A stretch of DNA of 55,857 nucleotides from a virus (lineage: Duplodnaviria > Caudoviricetes): positions 1 to 55,857 of the IMG/VR virus record IMGVR_UViG_3300049491_001100. The stretch is one strand, 5' to 3'. Below are positions 44,105 through 54,500 of this stretch, in pieces (within the stretch, counting starts at the first letter, position 1; the number at the start of each line of letters is the position of its first letter). The notes below the pieces were generated by a model. That model was not told where the DNA came from. It saw only the letters and a program-made list of their open reading frames with translations, and made no database searches. The translations under genes and the position numbers were made by a program.

Positions 44105-45934
44105 CTAGAAGGCCGGGCTTTCAGCGATAACGCTGATCGTGTTGTCCTGCCACTTGATGACGAGTTGCTGGCGGGTATTGGGGGTGCTCAGTCCATTGCG
44201 GCGAATGTACAACATAGCCGAGTTGCTCGACGCGGGCAGGTTACCTGGCTCGGAGCCACCCGACACTGTCTTGACGTCGCGCAAGATCAGGCCGCCGCGA
44301 TTGGTGATGCCAGCCACCTGCTGCGGGCCAGCCCGGAACCAGCGCTGGAGGTAGCCGTCGGTGGTTGCTCCGGCGCCTGGCTCGTAGACCTCAAACGCCG
44401 AGGCGCCATAGCTGTTGATGGCTGTTGACGAAGGCAAGCCAGTGACATAGACGTAGCCGGCGGCGGCTTGGAGGGCGATGCTAAGACTGCCCGTGCCGCC
44501 CGTGGAACCGATGTTGATGGCGGTGGTGGAGCCGGCGGTGTTGGTGCCGATGTTGATGGTGGTTGTGTTGGTGTTGGTGCCGATGTCCATCACGCCAACG
44601 GTATCGCGCTGGAGACCGGTGCCGATTACCTGTCGCGTTCCGTCGAGACCAGCGATCTTGTTGGCGATGTTGCGGCTGCCGCTGGTATAGACGAGGGGGT
44701 TTGACCCAGAAAGCGTGGCTGTGGCATCGAGCTGGACGACGCCGGCAGAAACTGTGGTGGCAACGACGAAGCTGGCATTGACAGGGAACTGGGCATCCCT
44801 GGTCATGATGCACTGGCTGCCGCTGCCCTTGCGCCAGGCCAGGACCATGCGTGAGCCCGGGATCGTGGGGTAGCTCAGAGTCGTGAGCTGGGCCTTGACG
44901 GGCTGGAGGGCGCTGCCACCAGTGCGGTTCTGGGTGCGATCGAGGTCGACGTAGATGCACTCGCCGTCGGCGAGGTTAGTCAGGCCAGAGCTGTCAGTAA
45001 GCTGGTCCTTGACGTCGTTGTAGGTGCCGGTGCTGTTGTCGAAGACGATGGTCAGGTTCTTCCAGTGGAGGTTGGTGCTATCCCACTCGAACCAGTCGCC
45101 GTTGGTGAAGGTTGAGCCCGTGCGCACGAGCTTGACGTTGCGGTCTGCTGTTGCCGAGTACCAGAACTCGCCACCACCAAGCTCCCAGAGCCTGGTCATG
45201 ACCGAGTCCATCCACTCCTTGAAGCTGGTGATGACTTTGTCACCGACGGCGAAGTCGGTGTTTAGGCCCGTCTCTCCGCGCCCGCCGGGCCATGTGTAGG
45301 CGTTCTTGGCGTTGGTGACGGTGCCACCGGTGCCGAGCCTGAACTGGAAGTTGCGGGCGTCTTCGATCGCGGCCGAGACCGAGGCCACGTTGTTGAAGGC
45401 GTCGGTCGTGACCTTGGCCAGGGGGGCAACGCCAGGCGTCGACGAGAAGTCCTGGGTCGAGATGACGATGAAGTAGTCGAGGGTGCGACCAAGAGGAACC
45501 GTCTTCGGCTTCTCCAGGTTAGTGTTGGGGTCGAGGAACTGGACCAAGTCGGCCGTGGTGGAATCAGCACTGCGCCTGAGGTCGATGCCGATGTAGTTGA
45601 CAGCGGAAGCCGTGAAACCGCCCTGGACCCGGGCGTTGGCCGCGTTCAGGGTCTCGGGGGCACGGTCGGCAGGAACCTGGAAGATAGTGCCGTTCTCAGA
45701 GGCCTCGGGGTGGAGGATAACGGAGCCAGCGACCTCGATCTGGAGGCTGGAGGTTGGGGTGCCGGCAGAAACCGAAATCAGCTTGAAGCCGGAGATGACG
45801 AGCGGGTTCTTGCCGGCCATGATCTGGCCCGCGAGCAGGTCGAAATCGGCAGCAACCGACGACTCGATGGCGCGAATGTGTGGAACGTCCACCCTTTGCT
45901 GGCCGAGGATATTTGCCTGTCGTGCGACGCTCAT
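44105..45934 (-). CDS. baseplate/tail fibre structural protein
   Basis: 609 aa, S/T/G-rich C-terminal half; in the virion arm. Confidence 0.65.
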   Translation of the reverse strand: MSVARQANILGQQRVDVPHIRAIESSVAADFDLLAGQIMAGKNPLVISGFKLISVSAGTPTSSLQIEVAGSVILHPEASENGTIFQVPADRAPETLNAANARVQGGFTASAVNYIGIDLRRSADSTTADLVQFLDPNTNLEKPKTVPLGRTLDYFIVISTQDFSSTPGVAPLAKVTTDAFNNVASVSAAIEDARNFQFRLGTGGTVTNAKNAYTWPGGRGETGLNTDFAVGDKVITSFKEWMDSVMTRLWELGGGEFWYSATADRNVKLVRTGSTFTNGDWFEWDSTNLHWKNLTIVFDNSTGTYNDVKDQLTDSSGLTNLADGECIYVDLDRTQNRTGGSALQPVKAQLTTLSYPTIPGSRMVLAWRKGSGSQCIMTRDAQFPVNASFVVATTVSAGVVQLDATATLSGSNPLVYTSGSRNIANKIAGLDGTRQVIGTGLQRDTVGVMDIGTNTNTTTINIGTNTAGSTTAINIGSTGGTGSLSIALQAAAGYVYVTGLPSSTAINSYGASAFEVYEPGAGATTDGYLQRWFRAGPQQVAGITNRGGLILRDVKTVSGGSEPGNLPASSNSAMLYIRRNGLSTPNTRQQLVIKWQDNTISVIAESPAF

Positions 45935-45954
45935 GTTGTCCTTGGGATGTGTAG

Positions 45955-45961
45955 AAGATTG
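45955..45961 (-). promoter_or_regulatory. putative late promoter motif CAATCTT
   Basis: 20 nt upstream of ATG 45934. Confidence 0.55.
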
Positions 45962-45967
45962 CGGCGC

Positions 45968-46396
45968 TTACTGCGTGCTCGCCTCATTGGTCCAGATGAT
46001 GCCGGAACCAGAGACTTGACCCGACATCAACGACTTGGCAGAGATCTGCCAGGACTCGGAGTCGGTGGCGCAGTAGTCAGCCTTGAAGAGGGTGAGGTTG
46101 GAAGTGCGCTCGACGAGGAGAATGGTGAAGTATTTCTCCCTCGACAGCAGGGCCTGGTCGGCGACAACACCAGCACCCTGCATGCCGCCGTCGCCAATAC
46201 TGCGGAGCACGCCCATGGTCCAAGTGACCTCGGTAATGGTAGCTGCCAGCTCGACCGGGTAAGGGATGTCGATGGTGTGGATCTTCTTCCTGGGGGTGAT
46301 CGAGTTCCACTGGAAGCTGACGACACGGCCGAAGAGCTTGCCGTTGATGTAGACCAAGACCTTGGCCGCGCTGACTAGTTTTGGACGATGTGCCAT
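45968..46396 (-). CDS. tail tube-like protein
   Basis: 142-aa beta-rich protein, KVLVYINGKLFGRV.SFQWN...IHTID...VEL. Confidence 0.55.
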   Translation of the reverse strand: MAHRPKLVSAAKVLVYINGKLFGRVVSFQWNSITPRKKIHTIDIPYPVELAATITEVTWTMGVLRSIGDGGMQGAGVVADQALLSREKYFTILLVERTSNLTLFKADYCATDSESWQISAKSLMSGQVSGSGIIWTNEASTQ

Positions 46397-46399
46397 GGC

Positions 46400-49300
46400 C
46401 TATTCCTCTCTCGCCGCTGCCAAGTCGGCATCGACGTCGTCCGAGCCCCAGACCGCGACCTTGTCCGAGAGCTTGTTGGACCCGGACGCGGGCAAGCCCT
46501 CGCCGGCCAGGCCTCTGTCGCCGGGGAAGACAACGGCACTGTTGACGGTGATGCCGGCGCCAACCGCTGCTTCGATCGCCTGCTGAGCCGCGACGCGACC
46601 TGCTGGCGACGCCGTGATGTAGAAGGAGCCGACGTCCTCGGGGGCATCTGGCACGAATGGCCCCTTGTGGGCGAGGGCGGTGACGTTGGTGCCAGACTTG
46701 ACCGTGGCCGGAAACTTGAAGCCGTAGTCGAGGCTGAGGCTGGTGGCGCTGAGCCTGCCAAAGTACTTGACAGGAGCTACTTGGTTGTCGTAGCCGAAGC
46801 TGAAGACGAGCCAACCCTCTTCATCTGGGAATTGGGTCGCGTCTGCCACCTCGACGCTGGCGTAGCGCTGGCCCTTGTTGAGGTCTTGGGCTGTGGTTGA
46901 CTGATTGCTGGTGACGGCGACGCCATCGTCTGGACTGAAGATGTAGGGGCCTGGGATTGCGCTGGCAACAGCCTTGACCGGCGTCGCGATGCCGTCGCTG
47001 CTGCCGTTGAGCGTGTACTGGGTCTCGTTGGTCTCATACGTGAACGTGGTCGCTGTCACCGGCGCCACGACTTGGAAGATGCCGTTGAGGCCACCGCCAA
47101 GGAACTTGTCGGCGTTGGGCACATACAGAGACAGGCTCGATGCCGAGTTGCCGGTGGCGGGGTTGTAGCCGCCGACGATGGCGATGAGGTCGTCGCCTGC
47201 AATCGCGGAAGCCGCGCCGGCCCTGCGCGTGGCCAGGGTAGCAGATCCAACCGTCCACTTCATGCGGACGGGGTCAAAGAGTTCGGTCTTGAAGCCACCG
47301 ACGACGTCGCTGCCTCCAGCAACCACGACCTGGTTGCGGCTGCTCAGGTACTCGGCAACGACAGTGTCACGACCCCAATTCAACTTGCCCGCAGGCTGCC
47401 AGGCGCCTGTGGTCGGGTTCCAGATCTCGGCGTCGAGGACGTCGATAGGGTCCGTCGTTGGCTGCGTCGGGTTGAAGCCGATGCCGCCAACCACGAGCAC
47501 GCGCCCATCGTTCAGGAGCAGGGCGCGGTGCCCGAAGCGGGCGTTGGCGAGGCGGCCGGTATAGGCCCAGGTGTTCGGGGCCTGTCCATTGATGGTGACT
47601 GACCACGGATTGTAGATCTCGCAGGTACCGGAGATAGCACCAATCTCAGAGCGAACGCTCCAGTAGAACTTTGACCCAGTGCCAAGGCTTCGGCCGCCAA
47701 TGACTAGGACACGACCGTCCTGGAGAACAACGGCCTGGTGCTGAACGCGAGCTTCTGCCATAGACGCCATGGCGACGAAGTTGTTGCCGAGGCCTTCGAC
47801 AGCGCTGTAGCGCTCGCATGAGCTGAGAGCGGTGGGGTTGATGGCATCGCCACCTACGTTGAGCCCACCCATGGCGAAGAAGCCGCCGTGTTGAGTGGTT
47901 CCAGGCACATTGAGAGTAACCTGAGCGTGGGCTGCGCGCTTGGTGACGAGGACGGTGGTGCCGTTGGCGTAGGTGCCTGGTGTAGACGAGCCCGAGATCG
48001 TGGGCGTGAACACGCCCGTAGTCGTGACGACGTCGCGGCCCCCGAACAAGCTCTCGCCACCGCTGACAAAGACCTGGCCGTAGTACCAGCTCGGGTTGAT
48101 GCCGAGGCTGGCACCGGGGTAGTTGAGGGCATGTGGGACTGCGTTCGAGCCACCGCCCTGATCGGTCTCAATGAACGCGACCTGAATGCTGCCGTTGGCG
48201 AGTCGGGTCTGACCCGTGATCATGAGGCCATTGAAGAAGGTGATGCTGTCGTTGATGCTGCCGCTGACGAGGGCGTAGCCGAAGCCGTGAAAGATGCGGC
48301 CGTCGAGGAGGCGGACGGCGACGCCGCCTGCGGCTCCATTGGCGTGGACGGTGCCAGCCGTGGCCGACCAGATCGAGCCCTTGCTCAGGTCGCTGGTGGA
48401 TGCGACTAGGGGCCCGGGGTAGCTGCCGGCGACAGTGCCTGGGATGGTGGTAGCGCCAAAGACGCCATCGATCATGACCTGGTCGCCGATGGCGAGGCCG
48501 TGGTTGGTGGCGGTGGTGACGGAGACAATGCCTTCGATGCGTTCGAGGGACGTGATGGCGCTGCCGGCATTGAGCTGGCCGTAGCTAGCCTTGGTCTTTG
48601 AGCGGCCGACAGCCTGAGACGTTGCCGGCAGCACGATGTCGACTTCGTCGGGGAGCGAGGACACGACCACAGCTCGTTCCCGCGAGGTGTGGATGGTCTT
48701 CCGCGTCGGCCTGAAGAAGATCATGGACTCGATCTCGACCTGGGTCACGGACTGGGCCGTCCCATTCACGTTCTCGATCTCGAAGTACTCGGTCAGGACG
48801 CCGGCTGGGTAGGCAATGTAGACGTCGACGATGGCGAAGCTGCCACGGTTTGCGGGCAAGAACTCAATGCCATAGATGTTGACGTAGTCGCCGATGCGGA
48901 CCTGGTTTAGGTCTGGATTGAGGACGCCGCCCACGGTCTTGGCGAAGCGAATCCTGTTCGTGAGCAGGTTCTTGGTGATGGTCCAGGTAGGGAGCAAGGC
49001 CAGTCCATCCCAGGTAGGGAGCAGGTCCGCGAACTGGAGCGAGTTCTGGGCCTTGCCACCACTGACACGGGCGCTGCTGCTGAGGCCAAGGGCGCCGCTG
49101 TAGATGCGGACCTTGGTAGTACCGTCCTGGGGGTCGGTGACAGCAACGGCAAAGGCGCGGCTGTCGTTGAAGCGGAAGCTGCGGGTGAGGGCGGCTGCGA
49201 CCTCGGCGGCGTTGGCGATGCCGGCAATCGCAAAGTCGTCCTCCATGAAGACGGTGGAGATGGTCTTGTTCTCGTCGAGGACGACGACAAGATCATCACC

Positions 49301-50050
49301 CTCTTCCATGAAGAAGGGCTCGGAGAGGCCGCTGTCGACATGGGCGCGGACGCTGTCGGCGCCGTAGAAGACTTCAAGGATGTCGAGGAGCGAGCCCTCG
49401 ACGAGCTTACCCGTCGTGTTCTTGATCGCGTACTGACGGAAGAGTTCATCGGGCATGCCGATGTTCTTCGGCTTCTGGAGGCCATCGTCAGCAGCTTTGC
49501 GTTCGAGGTAGATGCCGGATGCGCTGATCTTGAAGAGCTGATCGAAGGCGGTCTTGGCGGCGTCGAGATTTTTCTGGTCACCGGTGGCGATGGCGGCGAT
49601 CAGCGCATCCCAGGCGTCTCCCTTGAGGGCTGGGTTGAGGTGCTTGCGCAGGATCTCGGCGGGGCCGTCGGTGACAGCGCCCTTGGCCACAGGCTCCTGG
49701 GCCGAGAGCAGGGTGACGGTAAAGCTGCCACTGCGTGGGTTCGAGATTGTGGTCGCGTCCGTCATCTGGACGTTCGTAGCTACGGTAATGGTCCAGGTGC
49801 CTGCTACGAGGGGCCCGGCCAGGAAGAGGTCGATGGCCTGGGGATCGCTGAAGACGGGGGCGGCGCTGGAGATGGCGTTGAGGCCAGGGCCAGAGAGGAC
49901 GTAGTTGAAGGGATTGGTGGCGTCGTTGGCGCCAGAGCTGGAGACAGCGAGCGGGTCCTGGGTGAAGCGCAGGCGAATGGTCGCAAGCGCGATCTGAGTC
50001 ACGCTTTGGAGGCTGAAGCCTGAGCCTGTGAATGTAACGAGAGAGGACAT
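46400..50050 (-). CDS. large baseplate wedge-like protein with Kelch repeats
   Basis: ASGIYLER.A.D.G..KP..IGMPDELFR (wedge-like); repeats AR..H.A..L.DGRVLV.GG...E.YNP...W. Confidence 0.7.
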   Translation of the reverse strand: MSSLVTFTGSGFSLQSVTQIALATIRLRFTQDPLAVSSSGANDATNPFNYVLSGPGLNAISSAAPVFSDPQAIDLFLAGPLVAGTWTITVATNVQMTDATTISNPRSGSFTVTLLSAQEPVAKGAVTDGPAEILRKHLNPALKGDAWDALIAAIATGDQKNLDAAKTAFDQLFKISASGIYLERKAADDGLQKPKNIGMPDELFRQYAIKNTTGKLVEGSLLDILEVFYGADSVRAHVDSGLSEPFFMEEGDDLVVVLDENKTISTVFMEDDFAIAGIANAAEVAAALTRSFRFNDSRAFAVAVTDPQDGTTKVRIYSGALGLSSSARVSGGKAQNSLQFADLLPTWDGLALLPTWTITKNLLTNRIRFAKTVGGVLNPDLNQVRIGDYVNIYGIEFLPANRGSFAIVDVYIAYPAGVLTEYFEIENVNGTAQSVTQVEIESMIFFRPTRKTIHTSRERAVVVSSLPDEVDIVLPATSQAVGRSKTKASYGQLNAGSAITSLERIEGIVSVTTATNHGLAIGDQVMIDGVFGATTIPGTVAGSYPGPLVASTSDLSKGSIWSATAGTVHANGAAGGVAVRLLDGRIFHGFGYALVSGSINDSITFFNGLMITGQTRLANGSIQVAFIETDQGGGSNAVPHALNYPGASLGINPSWYYGQVFVSGGESLFGGRDVVTTTGVFTPTISGSSTPGTYANGTTVLVTKRAAHAQVTLNVPGTTQHGGFFAMGGLNVGGDAINPTALSSCERYSAVEGLGNNFVAMASMAEARVQHQAVVLQDGRVLVIGGRSLGTGSKFYWSVRSEIGAISGTCEIYNPWSVTINGQAPNTWAYTGRLANARFGHRALLLNDGRVLVVGGIGFNPTQPTTDPIDVLDAEIWNPTTGAWQPAGKLNWGRDTVVAEYLSSRNQVVVAGGSDVVGGFKTELFDPVRMKWTVGSATLATRRAGAASAIAGDDLIAIVGGYNPATGNSASSLSLYVPNADKFLGGGLNGIFQVVAPVTATTFTYETNETQYTLNGSSDGIATPVKAVASAIPGPYIFSPDDGVAVTSNQSTTAQDLNKGQRYASVEVADATQFPDEEGWLVFSFGYDNQVAPVKYFGRLSATSLSLDYGFKFPATVKSGTNVTALAHKGPFVPDAPEDVGSFYITASPAGRVAAQQAIEAAVGAGITVNSAVVFPGDRGLAGEGLPASGSNKLSDKVAVWGSDDVDADLAAAREE

Positions 50051-50054
50051 GATC

Positions 50055-50714
50055 TTAGATCAAGTTGCCGCTGATGTCGTGGATGCCGGATACGGTCACG
50101 GTGTAGAGCTGGGCCCTGGTCTGACGCGAGGTGACGAGGCGCATGATGGTGGGCGAGACCACGGTCACGCTGACCACGGTCAGGGGCGGACTGATGCTGT
50201 AGTTGGCGGCGATAACAGCTTCGGCTTCATTGACGGGCTCGTCGAAGACAACTTCCATGAGTCGGGCGTCGATGCTGCGGGCCAGGAGCGCCTGCGGGTT
50301 GTTGCCGGCGCCGACGTAGTCGATGCTGAAGAGGCCATCGAAGGGGTTGAGAAACTGGTCCACGAGGCCAATGTGCTGGATCGTGACTCGGTAGAGCTTG
50401 CCGGTCGTGTGCTCGGTCGTGTAGAGACGGAGTCTGTTGGTGACGGGGACGACGGCGGTGACGGTGACGGCTCGGCCACCGTTGAGGCTGGTAATAACCC
50501 ATTGCGTCGGATCAGCACTAGGGCCAGATACCGAGGGCAGATTGTTGAAGACGACGTCGATGTAGGTCGAGGTCACGTCGACGTCGAGGGCCTGAAAAGC
50601 CTTGCAGGCGACGTAGACGGCCGTACCCGGGCTGCCAAGCCCCTGCGTCGAGAGCAAGGTGCTGTTGGATCCGTCTCCGAGACTGCCAAGTCCTCGCGTA
50701 ATCAGGAGCGGCAT
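50055..50714 (-). CDS. Ig-like-domain virion protein
   Basis: VVFDEPV...A..AANYSI...YTVTVSGIHDISGN. Confidence 0.65.
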   Translation of the reverse strand: MPLLITRGLGSLGDGSNSTLLSTQGLGSPGTAVYVACKAFQALDVDVTSTYIDVVFNNLPSVSGPSADPTQWVITSLNGGRAVTVTAVVPVTNRLRLYTTEHTTGKLYRVTIQHIGLVDQFLNPFDGLFSIDYVGAGNNPQALLARSIDARLMEVVFDEPVNEAEAVIAANYSISPPLTVVSVTVVSPTIMRLVTSRQTRAQLYTVTVSGIHDISGNLI

Positions 50715-50716
50715 CG

Positions 50717-51244
50717 TTAGACCGGGGTGCGGGCGTAGGGGTTGGTAGAGGTCGGGAGACCGTTCTGGTCGAGGAGGTCGACTTTGAGGATTGGGGTCAC
50801 GTCATCGTCATCATAGAAGATCATGCGATTGGCGTCGGGGCCAGTGACCTTGATCTCCCACTTATTGGTCTGGAGCTTCTTGATGAGGGTGAGGTCGGTC
50901 TGGGCCGTGGCCAGGGCCGTGAGAACGTTGCCGACTGCCGTGGCAACACTGGACGTGGTGGCGTCGGCGTTGTCGATGTTGAAGTCTTCAGGGCGCAGGT
51001 AGCCGCTGACGTAGGCGGGGTTGGCGCCGGTGGCGATCATGAAGGCGATGCCACGGTTGGCGGTGAAGACGGGGAGGAAGTAGTAGATGCCGCTGCTGCC
51101 GATCTCGACGAAGCTGGGCTGGGTCAGGTTCGCGCCCGTGTCATCCTTGTAAGATGCAAAGACCAGCGACCCGGCTAGCCCCGACTGTGGGACTCCGGTC
51201 GTCGTGTTGAACACGGCGAATGTGAGAATCTTTGGACTGGCCAT
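50717..51244 (-). CDS. virion-associated hypothetical protein
   Basis: ORF in the virion arm, preceded by CAATCTT. Confidence 0.7.
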   Translation of the reverse strand: MASPKILTFAVFNTTTGVPQSGLAGSLVFASYKDDTGANLTQPSFVEIGSSGIYYFLPVFTANRGIAFMIATGANPAYVSGYLRPEDFNIDNADATTSSVATAVGNVLTALATAQTDLTLIKKLQTNKWEIKVTGPDANRMIFYDDDDVTPILKVDLLDQNGLPTSTNPYARTPV

Positions 51245-51256
51245 TGCGGTACCTAC

Positions 51257-51263
51257 AAGATTG
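51257..51263 (-). promoter_or_regulatory. putative late promoter motif CAATCTT
   Basis: 12 nt upstream of ATG 51244. Confidence 0.55.
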
Positions 51264-51295
51264 CTACGGGGACGCCCGCCGACCCCGAGGCTTGG

Positions 51296-51529
51296 TTAGA
51301 GGGCGGCGGCGCAGGCGGGGCAGTAGACCTTGAACGGGGCCTCGCTGCCATCGGCCTGGACCTCGACCATGCGGATCCAGCCCTCGGGCAGGCGGGAGCT
51401 GGTGCAGACCATGTTGCCGGAGCCATTGATGCTGGCGCTGGTGGGGACCATGTCGGTCGGGTCTTCGGTGCATCCCGGCTTCTGACAGGTGACGACTGGG
51501 ACTACGAGTGAAACTTCTACGTTTGCCAT
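51296..51529 (-). CDS. small Cys-motif protein
   Basis: GGAAAGG RBS; C..PGC...C...YCPAC, directly after a fibre gene. Confidence 0.6.
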   Translation of the reverse strand: MANVEVSLVVPVVTCQKPGCTEDPTDMVPTSASINGSGNMVCTSSRLPEGWIRMVEVQADGSEAPFKVYCPACAAAL

Positions 51530-51541
51530 GATACCTTTCCT

Positions 51542-54500
51542 TTAGGTGTTGCCTGAGACGGCCTGGTACTTGATCGTTGCCACCCAGTTGAAGGTGGTCG
51601 CCGCGAGACCGGTTACGGAGACGCGGACGTTGTTGCCGGAGACGGTGAAGGTTACGTCGATGCCGGCACTGGTCTCGACGTCGGCGTGGACATCCTGAAC
51701 AGTGCCCTGGATGGTCGCGCCGCCGCCCTCGCGGTAGACAAGTACCTTCTTGCCGTACATGGCGCGCTCGGTACCAGCCGTGTCGCGGCCGATGACAGAG
51801 ACCTCGACCCAGTACAGGGTGGTATCGGCAAGGGCCTTGCTCCAGAGCGTGGTCTGAGTGGCGTCAGTGGTCTGGATCGCGGCCGTGGTCTCATTGACCT
51901 CGGAGCCGGCGTAGGCAGCGTGCGCCTTCTTTCTCGTGGCAATGCGCTCCTTGCCTGTGTTGGTGCCGAGGCCGACGTCAATGTTGAGGCCGATGAGGGT
52001 GCCGGTGATGCTGGTGCTGTCAGTGCTCTCCAGCTTGTAAGAGCTGTCGACGATGCCATTGGAACCAGTAGTTGCGGCGTGGGTGTGGACCTGCTTGATG
52101 CCGGAGCGATAGGTGGAGTCTGCGCCCTGAACCTTGGTGCCAAACAAGATTGACTTACTGTCACTGCCGTCATTGGTGGCGTTGATTCTGATCTCGGATG
52201 GCGCCGCCGTGTACAGCCTGAGGTCTTGTCCGCCGGTGTACCAGCTCGTGAACTGGCCCGTGGTGTAGATATTGCTGACCTCGAAGCCCCAGTTCGTGGC
52301 GCTGACGCCGAGCTGGCTGCCATCGATGCAGTAGAGATAGTGAGTAACTGTGGAGGTCGGGGAAGCGTTGTCGTAGAAGCGGAGCTTGCGGACGCGGAGG
52401 TCGGCGCCCGTGGTCGTGTTCGTGCCCTGGGTGAGACGGACGATGTCGGAGGCTTCGTTCGTGAGCCGGCCGCCGGTGCCGAAGATGATGTCGGTGGCGC
52501 CAGCGCTGCGGCCGATGGTGACGGAGGCTGCGTTGGAGGCACCAAGGGCGAGAGCGCCACCGGTGCCTGTACCAGACTTGGCACCTGCATCGAGAGTGAG
52601 ATCGCCACCGTTGGCGTTGCCAGTGCCACCGGTGCCGGCATCGCCTGCCTTGACGACGGTGTGACCGCCACGGCCGGGGTTGAAGGCGCCGGTGCCGTTG
52701 CCGCCGCTGCCAGCGATGAAGTTGAGGAGGCCGCCATTGCCTGCGTTTGCCGCCGAGGCGTTGCCGCCGTAGCCGCTGCTGATGCTGAACTGGTTCGAGC
52801 TGGTGTCGGCACCGGCCTGGGCCACACTGATGCTGCCGAAGTTTTGGTTACCCGCAAGTGCTGTGGTCGCGGTGCCCGTGAAATAGATGAGGTCGCCGCT
52901 GGTGTCACCGAGTTCGATGTTACCGTAGAGCTGGGTGGGTCCGTTGGAGAGAAGGGTTCCGCTGACTGCGGTCGTGATGCCGGCGCGGCCGATATTGATG
53001 GCGCTGGCGCTGGAGGTGCCAATGCTGATGACACCGCTTGTGCCAGTGCCGACCTTTGCCCCAGCATCCAGAGTGAGAGCGCCACCGTTGGCGTTGCCGC
53101 TGGTGGCGTTGCCTGCGAGCAGGCTGAGGGCGCCGCCAGCTACGTTCGAGCCCGTGCTGTTGGCAACGGCGATGGTGTGAGCCGACTCCTTCTTGAAGGA
53201 GAGGTTGCCCGCGACCGATGCCGTGATGGTGAGATCGGTCGTGGCGACGTTGCCGAGCGCGATCGTGGTCGCGTTCGCGTTGCCGATGTTGATCGTGGTC
53301 GTGTTGACGCTGAAGGTCTTGTTGACGCCGCTGATGATGACGTCGTAGTAGGCGCCGCCGCCATCGGTTCCGACGTATACGGAACCATTGATGCCGGAGC
53401 CGGTGCCGTTGCCTGCGGCCAAGTAGGTACCGCCGCCGCTACCGCCGACGCCACCACCAGCCGCGCCCGCGTTACCGCCGCCAAGGACAATGAAGCCGCC
53501 ATCGCCGGCTGCGGCTGTAGCGTTACCACTACCGCCCTGGTAGCAGTTGATGTAGATGTTGCCGCTGGCGCCGCCTGGGCTGGTTCCGTTGGCGTTCGAG
53601 CCCTGGTGAGAACGAATGCGAACGTAGCCGCCAGTGGCCGAGCCGAAGCCGGTGTTGGTGCCACCGCTGCCAGACTGCATGTCGATGGGGCCGCCAGGGC
53701 CTGCCGTGCCGCCGCCTGCTCCACCACCGCCACCACCCGCGCCCACGGCCACGGTGAAGTAGCCGCCACTGGCTCCTGGTTGGGAGCTGCTGCCGTTGCC
53801 GCCGGTACCAGTGCCAATGTTGGTGTAGCCACCATAGCCCGCGATCGAAGACGCACCACCACTGTTGCCACCGGTGGCGTTGCCGCCGAGGTTGATGGTG
53901 CCGCCATTCTGGCCGTTGCTGGTCGCGGTGCCGTTGCGGCCGATGCCGGGCTGGATGCCGATGTTGCCGCTGGCGCCGCCGCCAAAGCCGCCGTCGCTTC
54001 CGCCCGTGGCCGTGCTGATGGTGATGGCGCCGCTGTTGCCGCCGACAGCAGACGCCGTGCCCGCACCACCAGAAGTTGTTGCGATGGTGATGGCACCGCC
54101 GTTACCGCCAGCAGTACCACCGCTACCGCCTGCGCCCTGACCGCCCTGAACCGTGGCCGCGCCTGCATTGGCACCGGTACCGTTGCCGTTGCCGCCAACG
54201 ATGGAGACGCTGGTGCCTGGGGCCCCGGCCGCGCCCACGAACTGGGTCGTGGTACCAGACAAGCTGACGTTGACGTAGTTGGTGGTCGAGTTGGCCTGGA
54301 TGGCAATACCCGAACTGCCAGATCTGATGAAGGTCTGGCTGTTGCCGGTGTCTCCAAAGACGCTCTGGCCACCGTTGGTGCTGATGGCGAGGATGCCAGC
54401 AACAGAAAGCTGGGCCAGGGTGTCGACGGTGCTGATCAAGTTCTCAGCACGCAGGTTCAGGTTGCCGGTGGCGTTGCCGACGGTGATGTTGCCGGCGCCG

